A stretch of DNA of 62,510 nt, the filler included, from Nitrospinota bacterium (lineage in GTDB: Bacteria; JAUXIQ01), in NCBI GenBank assembly GCA_030620925.1. It is 7 parts of 7 records of this genome, joined end to end, with 100 filler letters (N's around TTAATTAATTAA, not from the genome) between each part and the next. Parts side by side here need not be neighbours in the genome. Positions count along the whole stretch, not along the records: positions 16,455 to 26,330 come from JAUXIQ010000045.1; positions 26,431 to 31,585 come from JAUXIQ010000174.1; 5 more parts are not named here. One strand, 5' to 3'. The notes beneath the pieces were generated by a model, which was given only the letters and a program-made list of their open reading frames with translations, was not told the DNA's origin and did no database searches. Shown here one piece after another: positions 19,682-30,178 of the stretch. Made by a program: the position numbers and the translations under genes. Within the stretch, counting starts at the first letter, position 1; every line of letters begins with the position of its first letter.

Positions 19682-19838
19682 TCCCGCCTTTGGCGGGATT
19701 CAGAATGACACTATGCGGAATCGTAGGGGCGGGTTTCAAACCCGCCCTCTTGGGGCGTATGCAATACTGCCCTACAATCGCGGCTATCCCGCGGCAGGCG
19801 GGACTACCCACAACCGTAGGAGCGGCATCTTGACGCGA
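19682..19838. repeat. Mosaic of REP-like palindromes
   Basis: TCCCGCC-TTT-GGCGGGA; GTAGGGGCGGGTTT-C-AAACCCGCCC; inverted GGGGCGTATGCAATACTGCCCTAC; TCCCGC-GGCAG-GCGGGA; GTAGGAGCGGCATCTTGACGCGA. Confidence 0.75.
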
Positions 19839-19896
19839 GTGTTTCCCACCAGTGAAATGAATCCTGTCTTGATAGCTTCAGGAAACCCCAGGGGGT

Positions 19897-20856
19897 CTAC
19901 GTTTCCATGTACTGGCCGAAGTTGCGGAACTTCTGTTCCCGCTGTTTGATGAGTTCCTGGGGGGAAAAGCAGATCAGCTCTGCGAGGTGCCGGCGAATGA
20001 CGCGGCGAAGGATGGAGGCGGCCATCTGGTGGTTCCGGTGCGCGCCGCCGGGAGGTTCTTTGACTATTTCGTCGATGAGTTCATACTCCTTGAGGTCTTT
20101 GGCCGCAAGCTTCAGGGATTCCGCAGCCTGTGCGGCCAGCCCGCTGTCCCGGTAAAGGATGGAGGCGCACCCTTCGGGCATGATCACCGAATAGACGGAA
20201 TACTGCAGCATGAGCACGCGGTTACCCACGCCCAGCCCCAGCGCGCCGCCGCTGCCGCCTTCTCCTATGACCACCGATATTAAGGGGACGGTGAGGGTGG
20301 CCATCTCCTTCAGGTTCCTGGCGATAGCCTCGGCCTGGCCTCTTTCCTCGGCGCCCAGGCCGGGATAGGCGCCCGGAGTGTCTATGAAAGTGATGACCGG
20401 CCTGTTGAACTTCTCCGCCATCTTCATGAGCCGCAGGGCCTTGCGGTAACCCTCGGGGTGAGGCATGCCGAAATTTCTGTAAATCTTCTGCTTGGTGCTG
20501 CGCCCCTTCTGCTGACCGATGACCACCACCGGCTTCCCCTCGAAACGGGCCAGACCTCCAATCACGGCATGGTCGTCTCCGAAGAGCCGGTCGCCATGAA
20601 GCTCCACGAAATCGGTCATCATGAGTTTGATATAGTCCTCGGCGTAGGGCCTTTCGGGGTGCCTGGCCAGCAGGGTTTGCTCCCAGCGGTTGAGCTTGGC
20701 GAAGATATCGCGCCTGAGCCGTTTGGCCTTCTTCTGGAGTCGCTTCACTTCGGCGGTCAGGTCGACACCCTGAGCCCGGGAGACCTGCTGGAGCTCCTCT
20801 ATTTTGGTTTCCATCTCGAGGATGGGTTTTTCGAAATCTATCGGTTGCGCGGCCAT
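19897..20856 (-). CDS. accA: Acetyl-CoA carboxylase carboxyltransferase alpha subunit
   Basis: [40 protein letters not shown]. Confidence 0.98.
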   Translation of the reverse strand: MAAQPIDFEKPILEMETKIEELQQVSRAQGVDLTAEVKRLQKKAKRLRRDIFAKLNRWEQTLLARHPERPYAEDYIKLMMTDFVELHGDRLFGDDHAVIGGLARFEGKPVVVIGQQKGRSTKQKIYRNFGMPHPEGYRKALRLMKMAEKFNRPVITFIDTPGAYPGLGAEERGQAEAIARNLKEMATLTVPLISVVIGEGGSGGALGLGVGNRVLMLQYSVYSVIMPEGCASILYRDSGLAAQAAESLKLAAKDLKEYELIDEIVKEPPGGAHRNHQMAASILRRVIRRHLAELICFSPQELIKQREQKFRNFGQYMET

Positions 20857-20971
20857 GATATTAACCCTATTGAAAATATCTCAACGTTAATATTAGTAAT
20901 ATTAATCGGATGATCGGATAAAATGTTTAGCAGACTCGGACGATCAGGTTTTTTCCTGCGTTATTAACAGG

Positions 20972-23900
20972 CTATTCGAGGTGGATTCTGCCCTGGCCCA
21001 CGGTCTCTTCGACTTCTTTTACGAACTCGCTCCCAGGGGATACGGAAAGATCATCTGAGGCAGATATGGCTACCTCGCCCTTCTCAGGAAACTGGATATG
21101 GAAAAGCACCGGACAGTGGCCCCGGTGCTTACTCAACACACTCTTTATTTCCTCCAGCAGGGCAAGGTCTGTAGCGATGGAGACCAGTTTTATGTGCACC
21201 CTTTTTGCGCCGTTTTCGCTCGTCAAAGCACGTATGGAATCTGCTAAGAGTTTAGCTCCCTCCTCTCCGGAATCAACCTTGCCGCTGATCAACACCGGCT
21301 CTTCTCCGCTTAAATAGGGAGAAGCCCCTTCCAGCACACCCGGAAACACTATCACTTCCACCGAACCGTGAAGGTCTTCCAAGGTAGCAAAAGCCATTCT
21401 ATCACCTTTTCGGGTGGTAGTCAATTTGGCTTTGCTGATAACGCCCCCGATGGTCACATTCTGGCCGTCGGGCAACTCGTGTATGGACTGGGTGTCGCAG
21501 TCCCCGTGGAGATTGAGCAGATCCTGGTAGCGCGAGAGGGGGTGGCCGGTTATATAAAACCCCAGGGCTTCCTTTTCGAAAGCCAGCAGTTGGCTCTGAT
21601 CCCACTCCGCGGTCTCCTCCTCGGATGGAGCGTTCCCGGCGGTGGAGGCCATTTCCCATCCATCAAACAGCGACCCCTGACCCTGGGCGCGATCTTCCTG
21701 ATGCTTCTGTGCTTTCTCCATGGTGGCCTCAAGTGAGTAGAACAGCGATGCTCTGGACCGACCCAATGAATCGAAGGCCCCTGCTTTGATGAGGCTTTCT
21801 ACGACCCGCCTGTTGGTGACGCGCAGGTCGACCCGGGAGCAGAAATCGTCCAGACTCTCGAAATCGCCCCCTTCCCCGCGGGCTGCGATGACCGCCTGCA
21901 CCGCGTTCTCACCCACATTCTTGACGCCGCCCAGGCCGAAGCGGATGCAGCCGCCGGAAACGGTGAAGGCGCTGTGGCTCTGGTTTATGTCCGGCGGCAG
22001 CACCTCCAGGCCCAGCTCCTTGCACTCGGCCATATACTTGATCACTTTGTCCGTGTTTTCACGGACGCTGGTGAGAAGGGCGGCCATGAATTCAACGGTG
22101 AAGTTGGCCTTGAGGTAGGCCGTTCGATAGGCTACGAGGGCGTAGGCGGCGCTGTGCGATTTGTTGAAACCGTATCCCGCGAAGTGCTCCATCAGATTAA
22201 AGATGCGCTCGGCGACCTTCTCCTTAACCCCTGCGGCCTTCGCCCCGTCAAGAAACTTCTCCCGCTGCTGGGCCATCACCTCCGGTTTCTTTTTCCCCAT
22301 GGCCCTCCGGAGGAGGTCTGCGGTGCCCATACTGAAACCGGCGAGCTTTCCGGCGATCTGCATGACCTGTTCCTGATATAGAATCACGCCGTAGGTCTCT
22401 TTGAGGATATCCTCAAGGTCGGGATGCTCGTATTTTATCTGCGTAAGCCCGTGCTTGCGGCTGATGAAATCTTCGGCCATGCCGCTGCCCAACGGGCCCG
22501 GCCGGTAGAGGGCCACCAGGGCGATGATATCCTCAAAGGTTTCGGGTTTCAGTTTTTTCAATATCTCCCGCAAGCCGGAGCTCTCCAACTGGAAGACGCC
22601 CAGGGTGCGGGCATCGGAAAGGAGCTCATAGGTGGCTTTATCGTCGAGGGGCATGGTGTCTATATCCACGTCTATGCCCCTTGTCCGGCTGACGATGTCC
22701 ACGGTGTTCTCGATGAGGGTGAGGGTGCCCAGGCCCAGGAAATCCATCTTGAGAAGACCCAGGCTTTCGATGCCGTTCATGTCGTACTGGGTGAGGATTT
22801 CGTCGTTCTGTCCGCGATAGAGGGGCACCATCTCCAACAGCGGCCGGGGGGATATCACCACACCCGCTGCGTGAGTGGATGCATGGCGGGTGAGACCTTC
22901 GAGCGTCTCCGCCACCTGGAGCAGGTTGCGCACCTGTTCGTCCGCATCCAGCATCTGCCGCAGGCGGGGCTCCTCCTGAAGTGCATCCTTGAGGGTGATG
23001 TTCAACCGGTTGGGGATCAGTTTGGCTATGCGGTCCACCTCGCCGTAGGGTATATCCATGGCCCGCCCGACATCCCTTATCACGCCTCTGGCCATCATGG
23101 AGCCGAAGGTTATTATCTGGGCCACGTTGTGGCGACCGTATTTTTCGTTGACGTAATCGATGACCCGATCCCTGCGCTCCTGGCAGAAGTCTATATCGAT
23201 GTCCGGGGGGGATATGCGCTCGGGGTTAAGAAACCGTTCGAAGAGGAGGCCATAGCGGAGCGGGTCGAGGTCGGTGATCTTCAGCGCGTACGCCGCCAGG
23301 CTCCCCGCAGCGGAGCCGCGACCGGGGCCCACGGGAATGCCCTGGCGTCGGGCGTAATCAATGAAATCCCATACTATTAAGAAGTAGCCCGAGAAGCCCA
23401 TCCTGGCGATCACTTCCAGCTCATCATGGAGGCGCTTCTGATAGGTTTCTCTGGGGAAGGCGGCCTGACCACCATCATGGTCGACTTCGGCCAGTCTCTC
23501 TTCCAGCCCCTTCAGGGCCAGGTCCTTGAGGTATCCATCCAGGTCGTATCCCGCCGGCGGCTCGTAGTGGGGGAGGTTTAAGCGGCCGAACTCAAGCTCA
23601 AGGTTGCAGCGTTCGGCGATCTCCACTGTGCTGCGGACGGCTTCGGGTATCTCGGCGAAGAGCCGCTCCATCTCTTCGGGGGGTTTGAAATAGAACTGGT
23701 CTGTGGGGAGTCGCATGCGGCCGGGGTCGTTCATGGTGGTGCCCGTCTGCACGCAGAGGAGCACCTCGTGCGCTTTTGCGTGGGTGCGGTCCAGGTAGTG
23801 GCAGTCGTTGGTGGCGGTGAGGGGGATTTCCAGCTTACGGCCCATCTCCCGCAACAAGGGGATGAGCTTTTTCTGCTCCGGCAGACCCTGGTCTTGAAGC

Positions 23901-24433
23901 TCAAGGTAGAAGCACCCCGGCCCCAATATCTCCTTGTAGCGCGCCGCCGCCTGGTATGCTCCCTCCTCATCGCCCTGAAGCAGCTTCCTGGGGATTTCGC
24001 CCTTGAGACAACTGCTCAATGCTATGAGGCCTTCGGAGTTATCCGCTAAAAGTTGGTGGTCAATGCGTGGCTTGTAATAAAACCCCTCCATGAAGCCGGC
24101 GCTCACCAGCTTCATCAGGTTGTGGTATCCATCGCTGTTTCTGGCCAGAAGAATGTGGTGGTATGAGTTATCTCCAGAGCGGTGGTCGGTGGTCCTGTCC
24201 AGACGGCTGCCGGGGGCTATATACGCCTCGCAGCCGATGATGGGTTTGATTCCCGCCGACATGGCCTGCTGGTAGAACTCTATGGCGCCGAACATGTTCC
24301 CATGGTCGGTGATGGCCAGCGCCGGCATCCGGTATTCCTGGGCGTGCTCCAGTAGGGATTCCATCCGGATGGCGCCGTCCAGGAGGCTGAACTTGGTGTG
24401 CAGGTGCAGGTGAACGAAGTCTGCATGTTTCAT
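20972..24433 (-). CDS. dnaE: DNA polymerase III alpha subunit
   Basis: PHP domain FVHLHLHT..SLLDG, GPGRGSAAGS, PDIDIDF, GYGFNKSH, OB fold. Confidence 0.99.
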   Translation of the reverse strand: MKHADFVHLHLHTKFSLLDGAIRMESLLEHAQEYRMPALAITDHGNMFGAIEFYQQAMSAGIKPIIGCEAYIAPGSRLDRTTDHRSGDNSYHHILLARNSDGYHNLMKLVSAGFMEGFYYKPRIDHQLLADNSEGLIALSSCLKGEIPRKLLQGDEEGAYQAAARYKEILGPGCFYLELQDQGLPEQKKLIPLLREMGRKLEIPLTATNDCHYLDRTHAKAHEVLLCVQTGTTMNDPGRMRLPTDQFYFKPPEEMERLFAEIPEAVRSTVEIAERCNLELEFGRLNLPHYEPPAGYDLDGYLKDLALKGLEERLAEVDHDGGQAAFPRETYQKRLHDELEVIARMGFSGYFLIVWDFIDYARRQGIPVGPGRGSAAGSLAAYALKITDLDPLRYGLLFERFLNPERISPPDIDIDFCQERRDRVIDYVNEKYGRHNVAQIITFGSMMARGVIRDVGRAMDIPYGEVDRIAKLIPNRLNITLKDALQEEPRLRQMLDADEQVRNLLQVAETLEGLTRHASTHAAGVVISPRPLLEMVPLYRGQNDEILTQYDMNGIESLGLLKMDFLGLGTLTLIENTVDIVSRTRGIDVDIDTMPLDDKATYELLSDARTLGVFQLESSGLREILKKLKPETFEDIIALVALYRPGPLGSGMAEDFISRKHGLTQIKYEHPDLEDILKETYGVILYQEQVMQIAGKLAGFSMGTADLLRRAMGKKKPEVMAQQREKFLDGAKAAGVKEKVAERIFNLMEHFAGYGFNKSHSAAYALVAYRTAYLKANFTVEFMAALLTSVRENTDKVIKYMAECKELGLEVLPPDINQSHSAFTVSGGCIRFGLGGVKNVGENAVQAVIAARGEGGDFESLDDFCSRVDLRVTNRRVVESLIKAGAFDSLGRSRASLFYSLEATMEKAQKHQEDRAQGQGSLFDGWEMASTAGNAPSEEETAEWDQSQLLAFEKEALGFYITGHPLSRYQDLLNLHGDCDTQSIHELPDGQNVTIGGVISKAKLTTTRKGDRMAFATLEDLHGSVEVIVFPGVLEGASPYLSGEEPVLISGKVDSGEEGAKLLADSIRALTSENGAKRVHIKLVSIATDLALLEEIKSVLSKHRGHCPVLFHIQFPEKGEVAISASDDLSVSPGSEFVKEVEETVGQGRIHLE

Positions 24434-24519
24434 GGCATGACCTTAAAAATGAGGTTGGAATAACAGAACAATAAACTTTGCTTCACTATTAAAGAACGCT
24501 TAGCTCTGCTGAAGCCCCA

Positions 24520-26082
24520 TCACTCCCATTCGATGGTGGACGGGGGTTTGGAGCTGATGTCGTAGACCACCCTGTTCACGCCCCGCACCTCGTTGATTAT
24601 CCGGTTGGAGATGCTCTGCAACAGGGGATAGGGGAGCTGCACCCAGTCGGCGGTCATGCCGTCGGTGCTGTGCACGGCGCGGATGCATACCACGTTCTCA
24701 AAAGTCCTTTCATCGCCCATCACTCCCACGCTCTTCACCGGCAGGAGCACGGCGAAGGACTGCCATATCTCGTAGTAGAGGTTCTCCCGCCGCACCTCTT
24801 CGAGCAGCACGGCGTCGGCATGGCGCAATACCTCCAGCCGCTCCCGGGTGACCTCGCCCAATATCCGCACCGCCAGACCGGGGCCGGGAAAAGGCTGTCG
24901 CCAGATCACCTCGCGGGGCAGACCCAACTCCTCTCCCAGCAGGCGCACCTCGTCTTTGAACAGCTCCCGCAGCGGCTCAATCAGCTTCAGGCCCATCTTC
25001 TCCGGCAGGCCCCCCACGTTGTGGTGGCTCTTTATCAATGCCGAGGGACCCTTGAAAGAAACGCTCTCGATGACGTCGGGGTAGAGAGTCCCCTGGGCCA
25101 GAAACTCCACTCCGCCCAGTTCCCCGGCGGCCTCCTCAAAAACCCTGATGAACTCCTCGCCGATTATCTTGCGCTTCCGCTCGGGGTCCTCCACGCCGGT
25201 CAACCTGTCGAGGAAGCGCTCAGCGGCGTCTATGAACACCACTTCCATGTGAAAATTTTTCCGCAACGTGTCCAGCACTTCCTGCGCCTCACCCCGCCGC
25301 AGGACGCCGTTATCCACGAAGATGCAGACCAGCTTATCCCCTAAAGCCCTGTTGAACAGGACGGCCACCACCGTGGAGTCCACGCCGCCGCTCAGGGCGC
25401 AGACCACCTTGCCCCGGCCAACTTTCTCCTTGATCTCCCGTATGGAGTGCTGGACGAAGGAGCGCATGGTCCACTGGGGTTTGCAGCCGCAGATGCGGAA
25501 CAGGAAATTGTTCAGAATCTCGGCGCCCTGGGGGGTGTGCGCCACTTCGGGATGAAACTGAAGCCCGTAGAGCCCGCGCTCCCCGTCGGCCATGGCCGCA
25601 AAGGGGGAGTTCTCCGAGTGGGCGATGGGGGAAAAACCGTCGGGCAGCTCTTCCACGCGGTCGCCGTGGCTCATCCAGGCGGTGAAGGAGGTTAGACCCA
25701 GCTCATCCAGGCCGTGGAATATGTCCCGGTAATCGTCTACGTATAACTGGGTGCTCCCGTACTCCCCTTTGAGCGACCTGAGCACCTTCCCTCCCAGGAT
25801 ATCGGCCATGAGCTGCATGCCGTAACAGATGCCCAGTTGGGGCACGTTAAGCTCGAATATCCGCTTGTCGCAAACGGGCGCCCCTTCGCCGTAAATGCTC
25901 GACGGCCCGCCGGACAAGATTATCCCCTTAGGCTGGAACCGGCGCACTTCTTCAACGTCGGCGGAGAAGGGCCGGATTTCGCAGTAGACCTTGCCCGCCC
26001 GCACACGTCTGGCGATGAGCTGCGTGTATTGGGAACCGAAATCCAATACCAGTATTCTATCCTGATACAGTTCCTCTCCCAT
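24520..26082 (-). CDS. guaA: GMP synthase (glutamine-hydrolysing)
   Basis: [47 protein letters not shown]. Confidence 0.99.
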   Translation of the reverse strand: MGEELYQDRILVLDFGSQYTQLIARRVRAGKVYCEIRPFSADVEEVRRFQPKGIILSGGPSSIYGEGAPVCDKRIFELNVPQLGICYGMQLMADILGGKVLRSLKGEYGSTQLYVDDYRDIFHGLDELGLTSFTAWMSHGDRVEELPDGFSPIAHSENSPFAAMADGERGLYGLQFHPEVAHTPQGAEILNNFLFRICGCKPQWTMRSFVQHSIREIKEKVGRGKVVCALSGGVDSTVVAVLFNRALGDKLVCIFVDNGVLRRGEAQEVLDTLRKNFHMEVVFIDAAERFLDRLTGVEDPERKRKIIGEEFIRVFEEAAGELGGVEFLAQGTLYPDVIESVSFKGPSALIKSHHNVGGLPEKMGLKLIEPLRELFKDEVRLLGEELGLPREVIWRQPFPGPGLAVRILGEVTRERLEVLRHADAVLLEEVRRENLYYEIWQSFAVLLPVKSVGVMGDERTFENVVCIRAVHSTDGMTADWVQLPYPLLQSISNRIINEVRGVNRVVYDISSKPPSTIEWE

Positions 26083-26096
26083 TCCTGATTATCCGC

Positions 26097-26330
<234 letters not shown>

Positions 26331-26430
26331 NNNNNNNNNNNNNNNNNNNNNNNNNNNNNNNNNNNNNNNNNNNNTTAATTAATTAANNNNNNNNNNNNNN
26401 NNNNNNNNNNNNNNNNNNNNNNNNNNNNNN
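26331..26430. other. Artificial contig linker
   Basis: N-run + TTAATTAATTAA + N-run. Confidence 0.99.
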
Positions 26431-26432
26431 CG

Positions 26433-27011
26433 GTAACCACCCTCCGGCCGGAGGAAGCGCTGACCAAAATCGGCTCCTGCGGCAAGCCTTTCTTCCACAT
26501 GGACGTCAAGATAGTGGACGACGCGGGCAATGAGCTTCCTCCCGGCGAGCAGGGTGAGCTCATCACCAAGGGTGAGAGCGTCATGAAGGGATATTGGAAC
26601 CTGCCGGAAGCTTCCGCTGAGACCATCAAGGACGGCTGGCTGCACACCGGGGACATCGCCAAAATGGACGAAGAGGGCTACTTCTACATAACCGACCGCA
26701 AGAAAGACATGATTATCAGCGGGGGCGAGAACGTCTACCCGGCGGAAGTGGAGAGCGTCCTCTATTCCCACCCCGACGTGCTGGAAGTGGCCGTGGTGGG
26801 CATGCCCAACGATGAATGGGGGGAATCGCCCATGGCCATAATAGTCCCCAAAGAGGGCCAGAAGCTGACTGAGCAGGAGATAATAGATTTCTGCAACGGC
26901 AAGCTGGCCCGATACAAGATGCCCAAGGCCGCAGTCTTCACCGATACACTCCCCCGCAACCCCACCGGCAAGGTACTTAAATGGAAGCTCAGGGAGGAGT
27001 TTGTCAAGTAG
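26433..27011 (+). CDS. Acyl-CoA synthetase (AMP-binding), 3' fragment
   Basis: GWLHTGD, DRKKDMIISGGENVYPAEVE, LPRNPTGK; frame is open back to the contig start. Confidence 0.93.
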   Translation, partial: VTTLRPEEALTKIGSCGKPFFHMDVKIVDDAGNELPPGEQGELITKGESVMKGYWNLPEASAETIKDGWLHTGDIAKMDEEGYFYITDRKKDMIISGGENVYPAEVESVLYSHPDVLEVAVVGMPNDEWGESPMAIIVPKEGQKLTEQEIIDFCNGKLARYKMPKAAVFTDTLPRNPTGKVLKWKLREEFVK

Positions 27012-27070
27012 ACACTCGATCCGGAGTGAATCGACCCGCTACGTCGAGAAGTTGAGCTGCGGTAAACATA

Positions 27071-27106
27071 AAAAGAGGGAACCTTTCAAAATAGGTTCCC
27101 TCTTTT
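27071..27106. terminator. Bidirectional intrinsic terminator
   Basis: AAAAGAGGGAACCT / AGGTTCCCTCTTTT perfect inverted repeat between convergent genes. Confidence 0.85.
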
Positions 27107-27109
27107 ACA

Positions 27110-30100
27110 TTATGCTCTTGCTTCTCTGCGGGCGCGGCGCTTGAGGAGGAGGCCTTCGATGCTGGTGTAGAGGGTGGGGACGAAGAAGAGGGTGAACAGG
27201 CTGCCCACCAGGAGGCCGCCCAGGACGACGCGGGCAAGCGGCGACCACATCACCGCACCTTCCCCCAGACCCAGGGACATGGGCAGGAGGGCCAGTGAGG
27301 TGGTGAAAGAGGTTATCAGGATGGGCCTCAGTCGTCTGCTTGCTCCGGTAATGACGGCTTCTTCCAGGCTCATGCCGCTCTTTCTCAACCGATTGATATA
27401 GTCCACCATCACTATGCCGTTGTTCACCACTATGCCCCCCAGCATGATCACACCCATGTAGGTGGGGACGCTGAAGTTGGTGTGAGTCAGGAAGAGAATC
27501 AGCACCACACCGATTATGGCGAAAGGTATGGAGAGCATTATCACAAAGGGATTGATGAGCGATTCAAACAGGGAAGCCATGACCATATAAACCAGCATTA
27601 CCGCAAGTACAGCGGCTAGCAACAGGTACCTGTTCGCTTTCTTCTGCTCCTCGCGTTCTCCGGCGAACTTGAGCGAAACCCCTTTGGGCACTTCGATCTT
27701 GGATACCTTACCTTCTATTTCGGTCATCACCCCTCCGAAGTCGCGGTCGCCGGAGAGGCCCGCCTGCACGGTAATTACCCGCTGCTGCCCCCTTCTGTTA
27801 ATCTCCACCGGCCCCAGGTCCGGCTTATAGGTAGCCATATTCCTCAGTGCCACCCTCTTTCCCGAAGGTGTGGTGAGGAAGATGTGCCCCAGGTCTTCGG
27901 TTCGCTGACGATCCTCTTCCCTCAATCGCACCAGAATATCGTATTCGTTGCCGCCTTCTCGGTAGCGGGTTGCAACCGTACCTTCAACGGAAGTTTTTAC
28001 CGCGTTTACAATCTGGCTGGCGTTGAACCCCATGCTGCCCGCTTTCGTCCGGTCGATGTAAATTTTCATCTCGGGGCGGTTGTTATCTATGTTCAGACGG
28101 GCGAACGCAACGTCGTCCACCTTCTGGATGGTTCCTATTAGCTTATTCGCCAGCTTCTCACTTTCTTTAAGATCGTATCCGATGACGTCTATTTCCACCC
28201 GCTGTTGGCGGCCCCTGCCCAGCATGCGGCTCACGTCTGAAGGGCGCTCTATGAGGCGGATTTTCGCATCGGGTATCAGGCTGAACTTTCTCCTCAGCGT
28301 GTCCATGACCTGTTTCAAAGGGCGCTCCCTTTCAGAGCGACCGGCCAGTTTAATCCACAGGAAGCCGGAGTGGGTTCCCCCTCCACCCATCCACATCAGG
28401 CCGGAGCGGGCGAAGAGCGCCCTCACCTCGGGAACGTTTTCTACAATTGTCTCTTCCATGGTGTTGAGGACACTGTCGGTGATACCAATGCGCGTGCCGA
28501 CGGGCATCTCCACGAATGAATACATCATCCCTTCGTCCACCGAGGGCAGCAGCTCGGTCCCTATACGCGGTATGAAGGTTTTGGTTACGCCTATAAGGAT
28601 GGCCACCGAAACGATGATGACCAGCAGTTTGTTTCCCAGTGCGCGGTTGAGGAATTTTTTGTAAACCTCCTCAACGGGGAGGAACCATTCCTGCCGGCCG
28701 CCGGTCTTTCTCTTCTTGAACCTGGAGGCGAGCATGGGGATGAGGGTGAGGGCCACGAAAAGAGAAGCCAGCAGCGAAAAAGCTATGGTGAGAGCGAACT
28801 CAGTGAACACTATTCCCACCATCCCTTTCACGAATATTATGGGCACAAACACGCACAGGGTGGTGAGGGTGGAGGCGACAATGGCCATGCCCACTTCGTT
28901 GCTTCCTTTTATGCTGGCTTCCCGGGCGTTCTCCTCGGTCTTCCTGTGTCGGAAGATATTCTCCAACACAACCACCGAGTTGTCCACCAGCATACCTATG
29001 CCCAGCGCCAGTCCGCCCAGGGACATCCAGTTGAGGCTTATTTCCTTGTTATAGAGCAGAATGAAGGTGGCCAGAATGGCGATGGGAATATTGACGGCGA
29101 TGATCAGAGTGCTTCCTATATCGAAAAGAAAAATAAATATTATTACTACGGCGATAAGCCCTCCCAGGAGGGCGGTCTGCTTAACCTGACTGATGGACTT
29201 GGTTATAAAATCCGCCCGGTTGAACATCACGTCGAGCACCATTCCCTGGCCCAGGTCTTTCCTTATCGCGGGTAAACCGGCCAGCACCTGCTCGGCTACC
29301 TGGACGGTGTTCCCTCCCGACTGCTTGCGGATGGCAAGGATCACGCCCTGCCCGCGGTTGACTCGGGTGCGGGTGCGGGTGTCTTTATATGCGTCTTTAA
29401 CCGTGGCCACGTCCTTCAGATAGACTCGTTTGCCGTGGTTGGAGCGCAGGACGATACCCTCTAACTCTTTTATGTTGTTGAACTCGCCCATGGGGCGAAC
29501 GATGTAGTCCGTGCGTCCCGCCTCCAGGTGCCCACCGGCAAGGGATAGGTTCTCCTGGCTCAACGTCCTGACCACGTCATCTACAGAAAGCCCCGCCGCT
29601 TCCAGACGGACGCGCTCCAGCTCCACGTGAATTTCCCTCTGCAGGCCGCCCCATATATCCACCGCCGCCACTCCTTCGACCTGCTCCAACTGGTAGCGCA
29701 CCTGGTTGTCGGCGATCTCCCGTAAAAAGACGGGGTTCTGAGGACCGGTGAGAGACATATAAAGGATGGGTTGATCACCGGGGTCGAACTTACGAAGGAA
29801 GGGCTCCTCCGCGCCTTCAGGGAGGAAACGCTTTGCCTGTCCTATCTTATCCCGCACGTCGTTGGCGGCCTGGTCGATATCGGTGCCCCAGGCGAAGTCT
29901 ACGGTAACAGTCGAGATGTCCTCGCTGGATTTGGAGCGGACCTCTTTAACGTTGGAGATGGTGCTGACCGCCTTTTCTATAGGCTCGGTGATCAGCTTTT
30001 CTATCTCTGCCGGGGCGGCGCCTTTGTACATCGTGTTGATGCTGACTGCAGGGAAGGTTATATCGGGAAGCTGGTCAATGGCCAGACGGGTATAGGAGAT

Positions 30101-30178
30101 ATACCCCATGATCACCACTGCGATGAAGAACATGAGGGTGGTGATGGGGCGTTTAACAGCCCCGCTGGACAGGCTCAT
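27110..30178 (-). CDS. RND efflux transporter permease (AcrB family)
   Basis: About 1020 aa with 12-TM architecture; GMLVDNSVVV, GIVVNNGIV, RLRPILIT. Confidence 0.96.
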   Translation of the reverse strand: MSLSSGAVKRPITTLMFFIAVVIMGYISYTRLAIDQLPDITFPAVSINTMYKGAAPAEIEKLITEPIEKAVSTISNVKEVRSKSSEDISTVTVDFAWGTDIDQAANDVRDKIGQAKRFLPEGAEEPFLRKFDPGDQPILYMSLTGPQNPVFLREIADNQVRYQLEQVEGVAAVDIWGGLQREIHVELERVRLEAAGLSVDDVVRTLSQENLSLAGGHLEAGRTDYIVRPMGEFNNIKELEGIVLRSNHGKRVYLKDVATVKDAYKDTRTRTRVNRGQGVILAIRKQSGGNTVQVAEQVLAGLPAIRKDLGQGMVLDVMFNRADFITKSISQVKQTALLGGLIAVVIIFIFLFDIGSTLIIAVNIPIAILATFILLYNKEISLNWMSLGGLALGIGMLVDNSVVVLENIFRHRKTEENAREASIKGSNEVGMAIVASTLTTLCVFVPIIFVKGMVGIVFTEFALTIAFSLLASLFVALTLIPMLASRFKKRKTGGRQEWFLPVEEVYKKFLNRALGNKLLVIIVSVAILIGVTKTFIPRIGTELLPSVDEGMMYSFVEMPVGTRIGITDSVLNTMEETIVENVPEVRALFARSGLMWMGGGGTHSGFLWIKLAGRSERERPLKQVMDTLRRKFSLIPDAKIRLIERPSDVSRMLGRGRQQRVEIDVIGYDLKESEKLANKLIGTIQKVDDVAFARLNIDNNRPEMKIYIDRTKAGSMGFNASQIVNAVKTSVEGTVATRYREGGNEYDILVRLREEDRQRTEDLGHIFLTTPSGKRVALRNMATYKPDLGPVEINRRGQQRVITVQAGLSGDRDFGGVMTEIEGKVSKIEVPKGVSLKFAGEREEQKKANRYLLLAAVLAVMLVYMVMASLFESLINPFVIMLSIPFAIIGVVLILFLTHTNFSVPTYMGVIMLGGIVVNNGIVMVDYINRLRKSGMSLEEAVITGASRRLRPILITSFTTSLALLPMSLGLGEGAVMWSPLARVVLGGLLVGSLFTLFFVPTLYTSIEGLLLKRRARREARA

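Noticed and set aside
20972-24433. Intein or split in dnaE
   Set aside because: Normal length (1153 aa) and contiguous motifs; no splice-junction signatures seen.
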